Positions 33,959-48,900 of a DNA stretch of 64,000 nt are shown here, piece by piece. The notes beneath the pieces were generated by a model, which was not told the DNA's origin, made no database searches, and was given only the letters and a program-made list of their open reading frames with translations. Both the position numbers and the translations under genes were made by a program. Position 1 is the stretch's first letter. Each line of letters starts with the position of its first letter. Origin of the DNA: Lytechinus pictus (taxonomy: Eukaryota); contig NC_087248.1 of NCBI RefSeq assembly GCF_037042905.1, positions 13,888,001 through 13,952,000 on the forward strand. The letters are read 5' to 3'.

Positions 33959-36900
33959 GTAAGTGGAATATTACTCAGAATTCTACATTTATTTAGCTAA
34001 GTTCTAACAGTTTGAGTTAGATCGAAATCTGTCGCAGTAAACACGAATCTTAATATGTGGGCGCATGTTCAAGTCGCACTAGGCCTATACCGTATAGGCC
34101 TACGGTATTATATTAAGCCAAAGCAAAGGGCAAGGCGGGGGCTAGACAGGAATAACCGTCGTTTCTGGGGATTTATTCAACAATTTCTGACATTTTACTG
34201 TAATCCCCATTAACCGACGGTAGGGTATACGTGTGGGCTCGCATGTTTTCTCATTCCCACCCTTTTGTCAATTCACAGTCCAAAGTTTGATGTAATTTTA
34301 CACATCGAATTTACAATCTAAGGATGTATAGGCTATAGCCATCAAACTTTTAAACCATGATATTTAGTGAAGACAATATTTTAAACGATATAGATTAATA
34401 AAAGGCATGAAAAATTATACTTTACCGATGTTTAATTGGGTTGAACACGATCAAAATAGTCAATATGGCAGCCAAACTGTGAAATATTTACAAACGAACG
34501 GAGAGGGCGTCAACAATCACGAATGTGATATCGATATTGCTTTCGATATTATACGATCTGCTCCTTATGCGAGCGAAACCGCTACGATCACAAGTAGCAG
34601 ACGACAATCAAACGATCACTTTAGTTCAAGCAGCATAAACGAAAGGCCTGCATGATGGATGCTGTAGCCAAGGGGATATTCGGGGAACACTTCACTCTCA
34701 AGCCTGACCAGCGGGAAGCGCTACAGTGTTTGGAGGACGGGAGAGACCTGTGGGTCCAGCTCCCCACTGGACATGGAAAGTCGGCGATTTTCACCGTCTT
34801 TCCGATATGGAAATCAAAGGTTATTAATTTTTTAATAGGCCTACTTTATTATAAAATATTGGGAAAATGATAACTACCGTAGTATTAACTTTGACATTCA
34901 AAATGCAGCTTTCATCGTTTAGACCCAGATCTAGGTTTGTGGATCACTTAAATTCAAGCAGTATAAACATATGGCCTATTTATACTACATAATCGTTTCA
35001 ATTGAATATCAAATGGCACTAAAACACTTATATGATGCTATATCTGCATACTAGTCTAACACTGAACATAAAATGAGTGAAAAAATGATTTTAACAGAAA
35101 ATATTTTTATAGGTTAGAAGTTCCCATAGACCACTACTCCAACTGACCAGACATACAGTCCCAGTTAAATCAAATACACAATTTATTACGTTTATTTACA
35201 CCTTATTCTTTCTATTCTTCTTTCATTTTACACTATTTATTTTGTGTTGGGCTATTCTGATGACTGGCCACATTGAATGCATTTGTTTATTTCAATGTTT
35301 TTAAATCTTTTCTATGTGAACACTGACTGAAATTAAGTATAACGTCGATTATTGCAATCCACACAGTCAAGTCCTGGATCTTCTCGTATAGGCCTATACG
35401 TTCAAATCGCTGTACAGAGTTGCTATGATTGTCGTCTCAGGGGGATATGAGTCAATTTTGAAAAGACATTTCCAACATCTTTATACCTATCATATTTAAA
35501 TGTCTGATTAAGAAACCTTCAAACACCCCCCCCCCCCAAAAAAAAAGGGGGAACAAACTCTAAGAAATGATGTTAAAATTCTGCAATAGCTATCTATTCA
35601 AAGTGTTATTTGAGGGCTCCAATTATAGGCTTTATCATCGAACCATTCAAATTTGAAGGAAAGGGGAGTGTCTCCTTTGCGTCGCTATTATCACCACAAT
35701 AGAGGCTATACTGCTTGTTTAAGACGACTCGTAATATTAGATCCATATTGACCTTTATACTCTCATGTAGGACCTTTAGGTCTAACTATTCTAAAAACGC
35801 AAAACTTTAAAGACAATCAGACCAATTAATGCTACACAGAGTGAACGCCAATTCAGATCCACCCAATCGGCTGGCAAGAAAAAAAAGGAGAGAAAGAGAA
35901 AGGAAGAAAGAAAGTGGGGTTAAAGAAGAATTATTGTCGACCTATGTTATAATGATAATAATAATGGATGTGTAATGCGCCAAATCCACTCGGCAGGGTG
36001 CCCGAGGCGCAGTGAAAGAAAGAAAAACACAGAGAGAAAAATACAAAGTATGTTATAATATATGAAATTATATTACGTGTATTTTTATTTCAGAACTATT
36101 TATGAAACATAATTTGCTTAAATGTTAGTCCCTACTGGTGCTTGCGTTGTCTGTTTGATGAGATAAATAATCCTGTTTAAGGAGATTAAATGGTTCTAAA
36201 TCATCCCGTTTCCAAGTCCATAAATATACACCAAATATATTTCCTTGTATTCGGATTTTTCAAAATTATTGTATGTAGTGACATTGATTTTTTTTAATGA
36301 CTACTACATTTGCCGCATTTAAGGTCTAAATATAAAACATTTCCAGTCCGTGCTTACGTTGACATTAGTGCATTGGCCATACAGTGGCGTACCGTGTGTC
36401 ACGGCATGGGGGGACCAGCAAAACAAAATGAGTATACTAATAGAGGCATTTTAAGGGCAGTGCCATTAAACGGATATGTATGTTACTGATAAAAAATAAT
36501 GCGAGCGCCAAGCGCGAGCTGAAAATCTTTGATATTCAGACCTAAAAAGGGACACAAGCATTTTTTTGTAATTATGATACGTGCCCGTCTCGCTAAACAA
36601 TGCAAAACTGCTGAAATGTTTGTATTTATTGACCCCAAACAGGGACATTTTAAGGACAATAGGCCTATTTTAGGAATCCATATCCATGTACATATCTCAA
36701 AAGCTACGTTTCTCTTCCCTTCTCCCTCTTTTTCTCCTTTTCCCGTTTTTTAAATATTTTTGCCAGCCGAGGGGGGGGGGGGGTGCCCCCATGTCCCCCG
36801 TAGTCACTCCACTGATTGGTGAGATATGTCTACTCTTCATGACACGAGCGTAAATCCAGAGGGGGGTGGGGGTATGCATCCCCTCCCCCCACACTTTTCA

Positions 36901-39900
36901 ACACAGAAAAAAAATATTCTTTAATTATCAAATGGTCAATAACTTTTAGTATGTGGATTTATCTTTAAATGCAGTCAAGGTGCTTAAATTGGCCAAGTTT
37001 TTCCATTTTAAAGATGAAAAATTTCTCACTCGGCCGCTCTGCCCCGCGCTTAATCTAATTTGGCCTTGACAATCACTACGTTTAGCTTATTGCAGAGGTT
37101 AATTTATATCCACTGCGTAATGGGAATATGTTTATAATAATTCAATTTTTTAATATAAGATTCCAATGACTTTTAAATATGATGATAACTATGGACCTTA
37201 AACGAATCAAACATCCTTTAAATATACACTTTCGTGAATATGGGGGAGGGGCTGTCATAACTTGGAATCTCTGTGGAAGCGCAGGAATTTTTCACCAAAA
37301 TATAGGCTCAGTCTTCTTCGTTTCTTCCGAAGAAATGGCGAAGCATAGCTGGTCACTTTCACTTTCCTCCCCAGGTAAACATTGATTCTACTAATTTTCT
37401 TTAATTTGGATTTATTTTCAATTACATTTGAATTGCTTTCAGATAATTTTGAAATTATTCTGCAACATCTGTCGCAAATGAATTTTTTTGATTTTTGATC
37501 TGGTGTCACTTTAATTCCCAATGATTCGACAGCGTCAGCAGTGGTGTAATCACGGTGATCCAATTTTGCATTCAAAGATCTTCTTTTATTAGGATGATTA
37601 TTCAAATTACGGTCACAATTACAACACCAGTAGTCAGCCATAATTACTAAAATGAATTAATGAATCAAATAAAATTACCACCAGCAATCAGCACACCTAA
37701 CGTTATACATGGCAATATACGAATAAAATAATACGATACGATACACTACACGAAGATAAACGATACTAGTTATAATCGCGATAAATCGAGACATGAAAAA
37801 GTTAATAACGATAATGACGTCATTCAAGATGGCAACTTGCAAGAAAAACCGTCAGGTCAGGTGAAAATGTCTTAGATGACAGATTTCTCAATCATCCAGA
37901 GGATTTTTTTCAATAACTCCGGCCCAAGGTATGCAATTAGCTTAAGTTATCTATATTACACTGATAATGGAAACCATGAAAATGTCAATTTTGCCTAAAA
38001 AAAGTTTTAAATCGCGATCTATAAAACGCTAGTTCACTATACGTTGGCTGTAGGTAGGGGCCCCCTCCGCTTCAGTCTATGTATGGTGAGTGAGCCAACG
38101 CAGTTCAGCGGAACAACCAAAATACAGAGACTGAAGCTTTTGGTCTAGGCGGGGGCTCGAGCTCGACGGGAAGCTCGGGCGGAGCTGCTCAAGTGCACGT
38201 AGGCCTAAAGTGAATCAAATGGCAAAACTCTCGGGGCGATGCTGGGGTCAAAATCATTTCTATTTTTTCACTTATTCAATAAACAAGGTTATGAATGATA
38301 TAACCTTGTTTTCTGTAAAAAGACTTAGTCTTAGTCTTACTCTTACACCGGTATCTAAGACTAAGTATGATGGTGGGCCCCAAGTCTGCGCACCTAACAG
38401 TTTGAGTTAAGATTTATCATGAATTTTTTCTTATTTCACAAAATCTTTTGGTTAATAGTATTCCTTACATTATAAAGAGTGAGTGTACCAAATTTCTCAT
38501 TAAAAAATGAAAGAAAATATAAGATTTTCTTGAAAAAACCTTTGGGCAGTCATTTTCAGATTGAAAAAAAAATGGTACCCCATGTCTGCGCACTCATTCA
38601 CTTTGCACACGATTCAGGGATTTTGATGACAAAGGCTGCATTTTGAGGCCGTCACATGAAATTCCCTGAATTCATTATTTTTCCACCATTTTGAGTCGGA
38701 TTTTTTTATGAATACCTGTCTATGTATTGCATGTGTAAATTTCATGCTCGTTGCGTATCCTCTTTTACTAGAATCGCGCAGATACGCGGGTGCGCAGACT
38801 TGGGAGACCGCGCGCGCGCAGACATGGGGGCACTTACCATACGCCCGGGGGGCCACTTACATTGACGAGTGGATACCATGCGCGACCAAAAAAACACGTA
38901 AAAAGGATGTCTTTTTCAAGATAGGGCACGTTACGTACGTAACGTGATTAAGGGTGTCAAAAACACTAAAATAATTAATGAAAAAAGGGTATCTATTTTC
39001 GCTAGGAAAGCTACGTAGACCGTAGTACGTGTATAGGGTCAAATTTGCGAGGGTGTAAAAATTAAAGGATGTACTTTTGCCCCAAGGCAAGAGTCAACAC
39101 TACGTGTTTAGAGTACGATTTGGGCGAGATGTGGGGCTGTACTAAACCCAATGATGTGGGTAAAGGTAGGCTGACTACCGACGTCCGTGACATAGCAATA
39201 AAAATATCACTACTTGTTTAGGGGGTCAAGGAAAATACATGTTTAGGGTGCTTTTCAGGACCCCATGGTCGCGCATGGTATCCACTCGTCAATGGAAGTG
39301 GCCCCCCCACCCCCCCCCCCCCCCCCCGGATCTAACGTTGTTCCAGTGCAGTGGCAGTGCACTCATTCAATGAACAAGAAGGTTTTGATATACCGGTAAC
39401 CTTATTCTCTGTTCTCCATGTGTGGCACTATCAGATTTCATTACAGCTAAATCATACAACTTGGCTCTTATTAAAGGTAAATTGTGACATTGGTTTAATT
39501 CAATTTTTTAAAACATATTTCGCGCTTTGCTTTCCGCAATATTGATATACAAGTTCTGATTCCTAACAATGCCTGGATTGGCCAGAATGTACTGTTTTGT
39601 TTTTCCAAAAAAATAAAATAGATGAGAAGTCCCGAATTGTCTGCTTTATTTGGAAGTATGGTTAATCGAAGGAAGGAAATATGAAGAGCGCCACCTTGAG
39701 ACCAAATGATTCGATAACTTCCGATCAGTGCAAGACAACACCGCCCAGATTCGTGCCGTGTGCACAACATTTACTTTGAAACGTACGATCGACCTTGATC
39801 ACATTGTCAACAATACGGGGAAAGTCCCGCTTTGCTGCACGTTGACCGCGCAGACTGAAATCAGGGTTGTTCTGTTCCTATATTTCCTTCAATTTCGTAG

Positions 39901-42900
39901 AAAGCGTGTGTAAATACGGAAGATGCCTTGGACGTGCAGGCCCCTGTAATGCACACTTTCAAAGAATCAGATACCGCGGACATGTCAAATCCTTGGTCAA
40001 ACGTGCTTCGTGCAGTGACCATCACGACAATGACGTTATGCATGTTCAGCCCGGCTACCCCCACTTCTTTCAAATTGCGGTGATTTGGGTTTGTGTGTGT
40101 GTGTGTATATGAGAGATTTTTTCCTTTCTCTCATATATTTCGTTTCTCTCTTTATTACTTCCTCAGTGTATGGAAGGCTAGGCAAGCAGGACCGGAGGCG
40201 TGTAAGGATGCTTGTGAAAGGGAAAGAAAATGGCTATTCGTATTTCTTTCTTCCTTCCTAATTCCTTTCTTTTTTTTCTTTCTTTCTTATTTTCTTTCTT
40301 TCTTTCTTCCTGTTTAGTTACATTTTATTATACACAACTTTTCCTTTTCTAATTCCGTTCACTAAACTGTTATCACGTTTTTTGATTTGCTCATTATGAT
40401 TCATATCACGTGTTGTATGATGTCTTTATTTATGATACTCTTGAAAAAAAGAAGGAAAAATAATAACTGTGCGTCCTATATAGACTACCTCTATCAGTAA
40501 ATGTACAGCCTCCACCTACAATACCGCGTGCTCTGTTTTTGTCTCACCTGCATAGCAGAGTGAGACTATAGGCGCCGCTTTTCCGACGGCGGCGGCGGCG
40601 GCGTCAACACCAAATCTTAACCTGAGGTTAAGTTTTTGAAATGACAGCATAACTTAATATGTATATGGACCTAGTTCATGAAACTTGGCCATAAGGTTAA
40701 TCAAGTATTACTGAACATCCTGCATGAGTTTCACGTCACATGACCAAGGTCAATGGTCATTTAGGGTCAATGAACTTAGACCATGTTGGGGGAATCAACA
40801 TCAAAATCTTAACCTAAGGTTAAGTTTTTGAAATGTCATCATAACTTAGAAAATATATGGACCTAGTTCATGAAACTTATACATAAGGTTAATCAAGTAT
40901 CACTGAACATCCTGCATGAGTTTCACGTCACATGACCAAGGTCAATGGTCATTTAGGGTCAATGAACTTTGGCCGAATTGGGGGTATCTGTAGATTTACC
41001 ATCATAACTTTAAAAGTTTATGGATCTGATTCATGAAACTTGGACATAATAGTAATCAAGTATTACTGAACATCCTGTGCAAGTTTCAGGTCACATGATC
41101 AAGGTCAAAGGTCATTTAGGGTCAATGAACTTTGGTCAAATTGGGGTATTTGTTGAATTACTGCCATAACTTTGAAAGTGTGTTGGTCTAGTTCATAAAA
41201 CTTGGACATAAGAGTAATCAAGTATCACTGAACATCCTTTGCGCATTTTAGGTCACATGACCAAGGTCAAAGGTCAATGAACTTTGGCTTAATGGGGGTA
41301 TCTGTTGAATTACCATCATAACTTGGAAAGTTGATGGATCTTTCTCTTGAAACTTGGACATAAGAGTAATCAAGTATCACTGAACATCCTGTACGAGTTT
41401 CAGGTCACATGATCAAGGTCAAAGGTCATGTAAGGTCAATGAACTTTGGCCACGTTGGGGGTATTTGTTGAATTACCATCATATCTCTATAAGTGTATGG
41501 GTCTAGTTCATAAAACGTAGAAATAAGAGTAACCAAGTATCACTGAACATCTTGTGCGAGTTATAGTAGTTTTCAAAATCAGCACTGCTGCTATATTGAA
41601 TCGCGTGATGCAGGTGAGACGGCCAGAGGCATTCATCTTGTTTGTTATATATATAGCCTACTATTCCGTTTCTTTTATTTTGAGGCCAGCTATAATAAAG
41701 GTTACGAGTCAATCAATGACATGTCAAGCTGCCTACGTGCTTGGGTCGAAGAACATCACGAATATTGTTATATTTTGGGGATTTCATTTCATCTTTCGTT
41801 CCAATGGGGTGTATGGCTTTACGATTTAAAAAATCTGCTCGCGGGCGAGCATAAATGTAATTTTTTGAAAGTATATTCATGATTATTATTATACCTCACC
41901 CTTTTTCTTTTTTCTGTCTTTATTTTCTCCCCGGGGGGGGGGGGGCACTCGACCAAAAAAAGTGGTAGGGGTGTGCCGCTGGCGAGACTAAAAACGGGGT
42001 CTTGGAGCGGGCTTATTGTAAAGAGGAGGGCCCTCGGAACGGGCTTTTGGAACTACAAATGTTTGTGAAAATGGGGGTCCTTGGAACGGATCGCCAGCGT
42101 GTGAGTGCGTATCATTGGCGGTGGAAGCAAAAAAAATTAGGGGAGGTCCACCTGAAATTTTGGGATGGACACAGGTACAATTTGACAAGCCCCCTCCCCC
42201 TCCCAAAAAAAAGGTTATCAACCTAAATTTTAGGAAAGTGGATCACCCAAATTGTTTGACAAGGAAAATGAAAAAAAGGTAATCAGCCTACATTTTAGGG
42301 GGGACCACAAACATTTCAGGGGGGTCCACGTGAATTTAGGGGGGGGGACGCACGAAACAAAATTGACAAGCAAAAAAAAAAAAGGTTATCTGAAACAAAA
42401 AAATTTTGGGGAACCGTCCCCCCCCCCACCTCAAGTCCCCCCTGTCCTCCCCCCCCGCTTTTATGGTGCGTATGTATCCCTATGGAGCGGGCATGCGTGC
42501 ATGATGCAGCGAGTCCGGCGGGCGCCGAGTGCGCTCGCGTAGAGGTGGTCGGACAGCGCTCTGCGGCCGCTTTTTACCAAAATTGCAGCTTATTGTAGCA
42601 GATCAATGCGACCGGAACGGCGTAACGAAAAATATGCGAAGTTTTCGAGCGGATTTCTTTCTTCTTTTTTTCTAGATAAGAAGAAAAATGCTATGCTTTG
42701 GAGCGGCTTTCTTTGTTCTTTTCTCAATAACACAAAAATGCTATGCTTTGGAACGGAAATTTGAGTGTCAAAAAATGGGGGTCCCCTTCGCGGCACATAC
42801 CCACTATGCATTATATACTGAGTGCCCCCCCCCCATCCTTCTTTCTTGGAGGTACAGCTTTTAGAGGGGACCGTGAGTCCTGAGCCCTTTCTGTACGCCC

Positions 42901-45900
42901 ATGTATAGGGGGTCGAGTATATACTTGAGTAAACTAAATTTAGTCCTACGAGCGCGTGAGCTGCAATAAAAAAAAAAAAACTGACTGACAATAGTGCTAA
43001 TGTTTAGTAGGTGCATGCTTATTCGCGCCGTCTCCGGGAAGGGGCAGGTTGTGGCGGAGGGTGAGGTAATTGGTTGCCGACAGATATGAGTCATTAGGCT
43101 TTAGTGTTCCTCATCTTTACTTCTTTCGTCAATATACGGGCAGACCAAGAACAAAATATCTCGAATATTGTTCGGAGCGCAAACTGACTTTTGTTAAAGA
43201 TTTAGACATAAAACAGGGACATTCTAGCCACTATTTATAACCATAATATGATTAGGAAGAGTATCATGCTCAATAAATGAAGAACCCACTTGCAAAAGGG
43301 GTTAGGTCCATTTTTCATCAAATATGATTTTTTTTTTGTCTCAATGTATAGATTTGTAGTAGCTCTATAAGGTGATTCCAAAAAAAGTTGAAATTTCCAT
43401 TAAAAATTGATCTAATGGCAAAGAAAAATCACTTTTTTTTAAGGGGTTAGGTCCATTTCAGTTTAGTTGCAAAAGGGGTTAGGTCCACACAGAATTTTTT
43501 TAAAGATATGAAGACTGGTTGATTTCTTTTATATCCAATTTTATGTTCTCATGGCAGGGTATCACAAACATTAAATTTCGCATAAGAATATTGCAATAGG
43601 GGAGAATTAAAAAAAATAATAAATTTCTTGGAGTTGACCTATAACCCCTTTTGCAAACAAACTATTCTGAAGAGCTCATTTGTCAAAAGGGGTTAGGTCC
43701 ATTGTTCATTATTTATTTTGTTTTCTGTCTCGAATCCTCTAAAATTTTAGTCGTTCTGATGAAAACAACGAAATTTTGAAATTCGAATCATATGAAAACG
43801 TGAATAAAAGTGGCAAAAATAAATCACCTTTTTAATCAAAATAGATTGGATTCATTCCAGTTTAGTAGCAAAAGGGGTTAGGTCCACAATGATAATTTTT
43901 AAAAGAATATATAGAAAAAAATTGAAGACAGGTAGATTTACTTCATACCTAATTTTATGTTCACATGATAGGGTAGTACATCATGACAATTTAGTTCCTC
44001 ATAAGAGTATTGCAGTAAGTGAGAATAAAAAACATGGTTTTTCTCGGAATGGTAAAAAGTGGACCTAACCCCTTTTGCAACTAAACTCTTCAAATAATGC
44101 GAGCGCGAAGCGCTATCTTATTTTTTTATATTCAGTCTGACATGAAAATTGTAGATTTTAATCACAATCTATGTATGTCGATGAGTAATCAATGACAGCG
44201 CATAAGATAAAGCATAAGATAATAGTTTTTATACAAACCCGAGCATTTAATTTTCACGTACATGTAATGGATGATACGTCGAGCGCGACAGCCCTGCATG
44301 AACTGTCATCGGTATTCATGGATGAAAAAAAAACCTTTCATGCACTCTTTTAAATTTCACTTCTCATTTCTTTTTTATATATTCTCCACCCTTTTACAAC
44401 ATGAACCTGAATAAAGGAAACTTCGAGAAAATTTAAAAGGGTGGTGAAATAAACGGAACACAAAAAGCAGGCCATGCAATGCGCTTACTTGCGTGGATGT
44501 GTACATCTCAAAATGATAATATCATGTATAAAAATATAAACATGAGGATATTATTTCATTTCATCTTGGATTAAAAAAAAAAAAAATTCGCAGTTAGTAT
44601 CACTTCCCGAAAGGAATGTTTTCATTCAATAGCAATACATTAGAAGAAAAATTGATTTCGAGAAAAATAATGAGAAAAACAATATAAATGGTCATTAGTG
44701 CGTAAATCCGATATCCATCACTTCCAACGTCATGATAATTACGTACATTATTATTACTATTATTAATACACCATCGTTATCATTATTATTATATTGGGGG
44801 ATATATACCCCACCCACCCCCGGGATGGAAACCTATATCTGTTATAGTCAAATAACAGAACGTTCCATCATTGTTTCCGCTCACCACACATGGTATTTCG
44901 TCATTATTTTATCATTTATCAATGATATGAACTATCATGACTAAAATTTTTGTCTACCATGTAGATATTTTGTTTCAATTATATTCTGTTGAAATCGCTG
45001 GATTACAGATGGGGTGAGGGCCATGGACACCTCCCCCGGCCCATAAAAAAATCCCCGTTAAGAAAACAGAAGAGAATAGGAAAGAACTGAGAGACAATAG
45101 GAAATAAATTATCATCTCAATAATAGGTCAAAATCTATCACAATCAGTGTTTTGTTATGAGGAATGTCAAGACATTTGCCCGATACGCCATTCTGTCCAA
45201 CTCAATTTTTGCCCATTTTACGCTATTGGTCACTTATCATTGTCAATTTGGAATTAATGAGTTCTTGATTAATTCAGTATTGTTTTTATCTTTCTGTATT
45301 TTCGTTGCTATACAATTCCTATATCCGGTTGTGTCTATAGTCTTCATGTTCACATTTTCAAAGGGACTTTCTTTTATTTCAATATTGTTCTCCAACTCTT
45401 TTTTGGAAGTTTTTTTTTCGATTTCTTGATTGGATAAACAAAATAAATTTACAATGCATGTAGCATAATCATAATACGGCCTGAAATACAATTGACAATG
45501 TTTTAACTGTATGAAGATAGGACTTAGACATAAAGAATGTAAAAGCATATAACTATCATGAACAATGCAGAAAATGCAGAGTAAAACTCCAAAAGCAAAG
45601 AAATGCTTGAAACGTATCAGCCAAAAAGGGGGAGAAGGGCTACACGGAAACTTATGAATTAAATTGGTCCGTAAGAAAAAATTAATGTCACAAATAATCA
45701 AAGTATTACAGGGGCCACGGAAACGGGGGGAGGGGCTGCGGCCCACGCACTGCAAAAAAACGTAAAAGTTACCATCGGATTATGATTATTTGCATGGGCA
45801 GCCCCCACCCCATCACACTTTCCAATCCGTTTCGCGGCCCTTGAGAAAGGGAAAAAAGTAGGAATCCAAAAGTGAAGTGTGAGCTTTATTTTGGTATATG

Positions 45901-48900
45901 CCTAGATTCAAAGAAATATATCACTTGTGAGTTATTGCCCCGTGGCCGCTGTGCATTCATATACTTCTACATATCGAATTACCGCTCAGTGAGGATTCAC
46001 AAGTATAATTATCATTTTTCTCCTGGAGTTTATGAAAACATAATAGGCAAGAATATTTTCATCGGCAACATGAAAAATGTGCATCTCATATCCGTTAAAC
46101 CTCGGGACCTGCCCATCATTTTCAAACAAGAATGTCATCTTTACTTCCAAAGGTAGGCTTTTCCCGCCCCAAACTATTCTTACAAGCCATATATAGATGA
46201 GTAAATTTACTTTATCATCAATAATGATTTCAACATTATTTTCCGCCTGAGTTGTAAAATGTTGATGACGCCGTGGAGCTAAAGGCGTCGGATATAATAC
46301 AACATTTAATTCGTCTTTCTATATATACTCTAAAAATGCGTTACAGGATAATTATGCCCTTTAATGATAACACCCACTTTTTCATGTATTCTACCATTTT
46401 GATTGTTTTTTGTTGTTGTTTTTGTGTAACTTTCGTTGGTATTTTATTTTGTTTATTTACACCCAGCTATCACTTCGGACCGTCTCGACCTCGTATTCTT
46501 TGGTTGTGTATTCAATAGTCCAGATACTTCTTTCATTCTCTTTCCCCTATTTCACGACGGCAGCATATCATATTTTGGAACCTATGAATTGAGGGGTTCG
46601 GGTTACTCTACATCTTTTAAACATATAGCAAGATAAAACGCAAAAAAATGCCATGTGATTTTTTTATGGCCAGCCCCCTTCACCCTTTCTGCTCAGCCCC
46701 CACACTTTCAACTCCATGCTGCCACTGCCTTAGCGTTAAATGACCCAACAACTCGACGCAAACAACATTATTTTTTGTGCGAGTGAACTAAGCGAGGGAA
46801 TCCAGAAAATTATTCCTTCTTTCATGTCATTGTTTTCTCAATTTCTATTTCTACATCTTTTCTATTTCTATATCTTGGTCACAGATCTTCTTTCTTGAGG
46901 GCGGATGGTCCCCAAGCCCCCGCCCCCAACATGTACGCCATGCAGTGACATTGCATGTACTCTATTTATGTGACGCCCCTTTCCCCTTCTTGATATCAAA
47001 GCCATTTAAACCTCGCAGATTGCCGGTTTTTTAATCAAATCGCAGGTATATACAGAATATAGCTTTTACACATTACATTTATTCAACCCAGTTGAACCGA
47101 ATATTTTGAGGTGGCCAAACATAGCAATGTGGGAAAATTTGTAAAAAGTCGCCAGCACGCGAGCAAATCGAGCTAGAAAAAATTGCCCAACGAAATTGAC
47201 ATTTCATTGTTTCCATTCATTTCATCATACGTTGTCTCCTATAATTTATTTTATTACTTCTTGGGTGTAGAACCACTTGTAGGCCAGTGATTGAACTTAA
47301 AGGAATGGTCCCTACAAGGAGCGTTACAGAGCCATTTGAAGGTTATAGATGAAGAGCTCCTACCGCGTGGGGTCTGGGGCAACTGCCCCGGTAGCTTATT
47401 TGAATAAAATTTAGCAAGTTTATAGCACTATGTTGTAAGCAGTCCTTCTTTTTCCCCACTCTTTATTTTCATTCCTCGGCAGCCCGGTTGTGTCATTAAT
47501 TTTTTTTCTTGTCTTTTTTCTTTGATTTCCAATGTAGCTTTTGACTATTTCCATTCCGACCTTCATTTACCGCTATGTTTTCTATTGCATTAAATATAGG
47601 CCTATTTCGGAATGATTTTTTCTTTCTCAAATGTTCTTCTTTCATTCCTTTTCCGTCCGATATCCGTCCTTTTCCATTAAAAAAAATATTCGTTTTCTTT
47701 CACTTTTCTCTTGCCCTTCCCTTTTCCTCCTTTCCTTTTCTTTCCCCTTCCCCTTTCACCCTTATGTTTGTTAAAATATCCCTCCCTTTTCCCCGTTTTT
47801 TTTTTTTTTTTTCTTCAGTGAAATCCGTTAGGGGGCAGCTTGCCCCCCCCCCCCCCCCGCCTGTTACGCCACTGGTCGTGCCGAAACAGAATCTACGGTA
47901 TTGTTTACATAGCAAATCTCAGAATTTCCTTGCTCTATGAAGTTTCAATCTTGGCAGAGGCTGGGACGAGCATGTGGAAGTAGCTAGCGACCACTTTGTG
48001 TGCGACCAAGGAGTTAGAGTGATATCTCCTTGGTGCGACCATGGTGCAACTCCCCTACAACCCATGCCTCAGGGGCCGCGGAAGCGGGTCCGGGGGGGGG
48101 GGGCTGGGGGAATTCAGCCCCCCGGCCCCCTCACTTATTTCCAAAACAGTGTACAAAAAACGTAAAAATGACATTAGGATTGTGATATTTTGAATGGTCA
48201 GCCCCCCCCCCCCCCCACTTTGAAAACTGTTCCGCGACCCATATTGCCGTACCTATTACCCCATACCACTGGTAGAACACGAAACGGTAGCTATAGGCCT
48301 ACGTCTAATCCGTAAGACTATGAAAAAAACTGAAGGCCAATGCATGCAGCTGCCTCTACCTGTACCAAGATCATATCATGTACGCACAAGTTGGGTAAAC
48401 CCATCCCGAAACCCATATATACCTAACAGTGCTGTAACTTCCATTTCATTTTGTAAAGAGGCAGAGAATCTATTTGCGATGACCGTAGCAAGTGGTTCCT
48501 CTCATGCCCCCAAACAAAGTGTGAGCCGTGTAATTGTCATTTTCACCGCCAAGCACGTACAAGCAGTCATTTACATTTTTTCTCAAATAAACATAGAGCG
48601 AATGCGTATTTTTTGCTATTTTTTCTACATGACCAGCTCATCTGTCCAGCCACCAATTCATTTTATTTCATCATTTTATCATTGGTATCCATTCGTTCAT
48701 CCATTCAATCCGTCCCTCCTGGGGGGTTATCAGTAGGCCTATCCATCGGATGATCGGGCGGATGATACAATACACCCATACCCAGGCCCAGCTATCAATC
48801 CATCATTCATTCTCTTCACTCGATCTTCAGTCATTTCTCCATCCAAGGAGATTGCTCCATCCGTCCATAGAATATAGCTTTAGATCTGTCCATTGGTAAT

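Noticed and set aside
39979-39994. 16-nt match (gacatgtcaaatcctt) to 19144-19159
   Set aside because: About one such match is expected by chance in a 64-kb self-comparison, and there is no flanking homology.
45243-48736. ORFs of 120-170 aa in Hikeshi intron 1 (45243-45755, 47575-47940, 48320-48736)
   Set aside because: Built from MITEs and low-complexity DNA, with no recognisable protein motifs or splice support.
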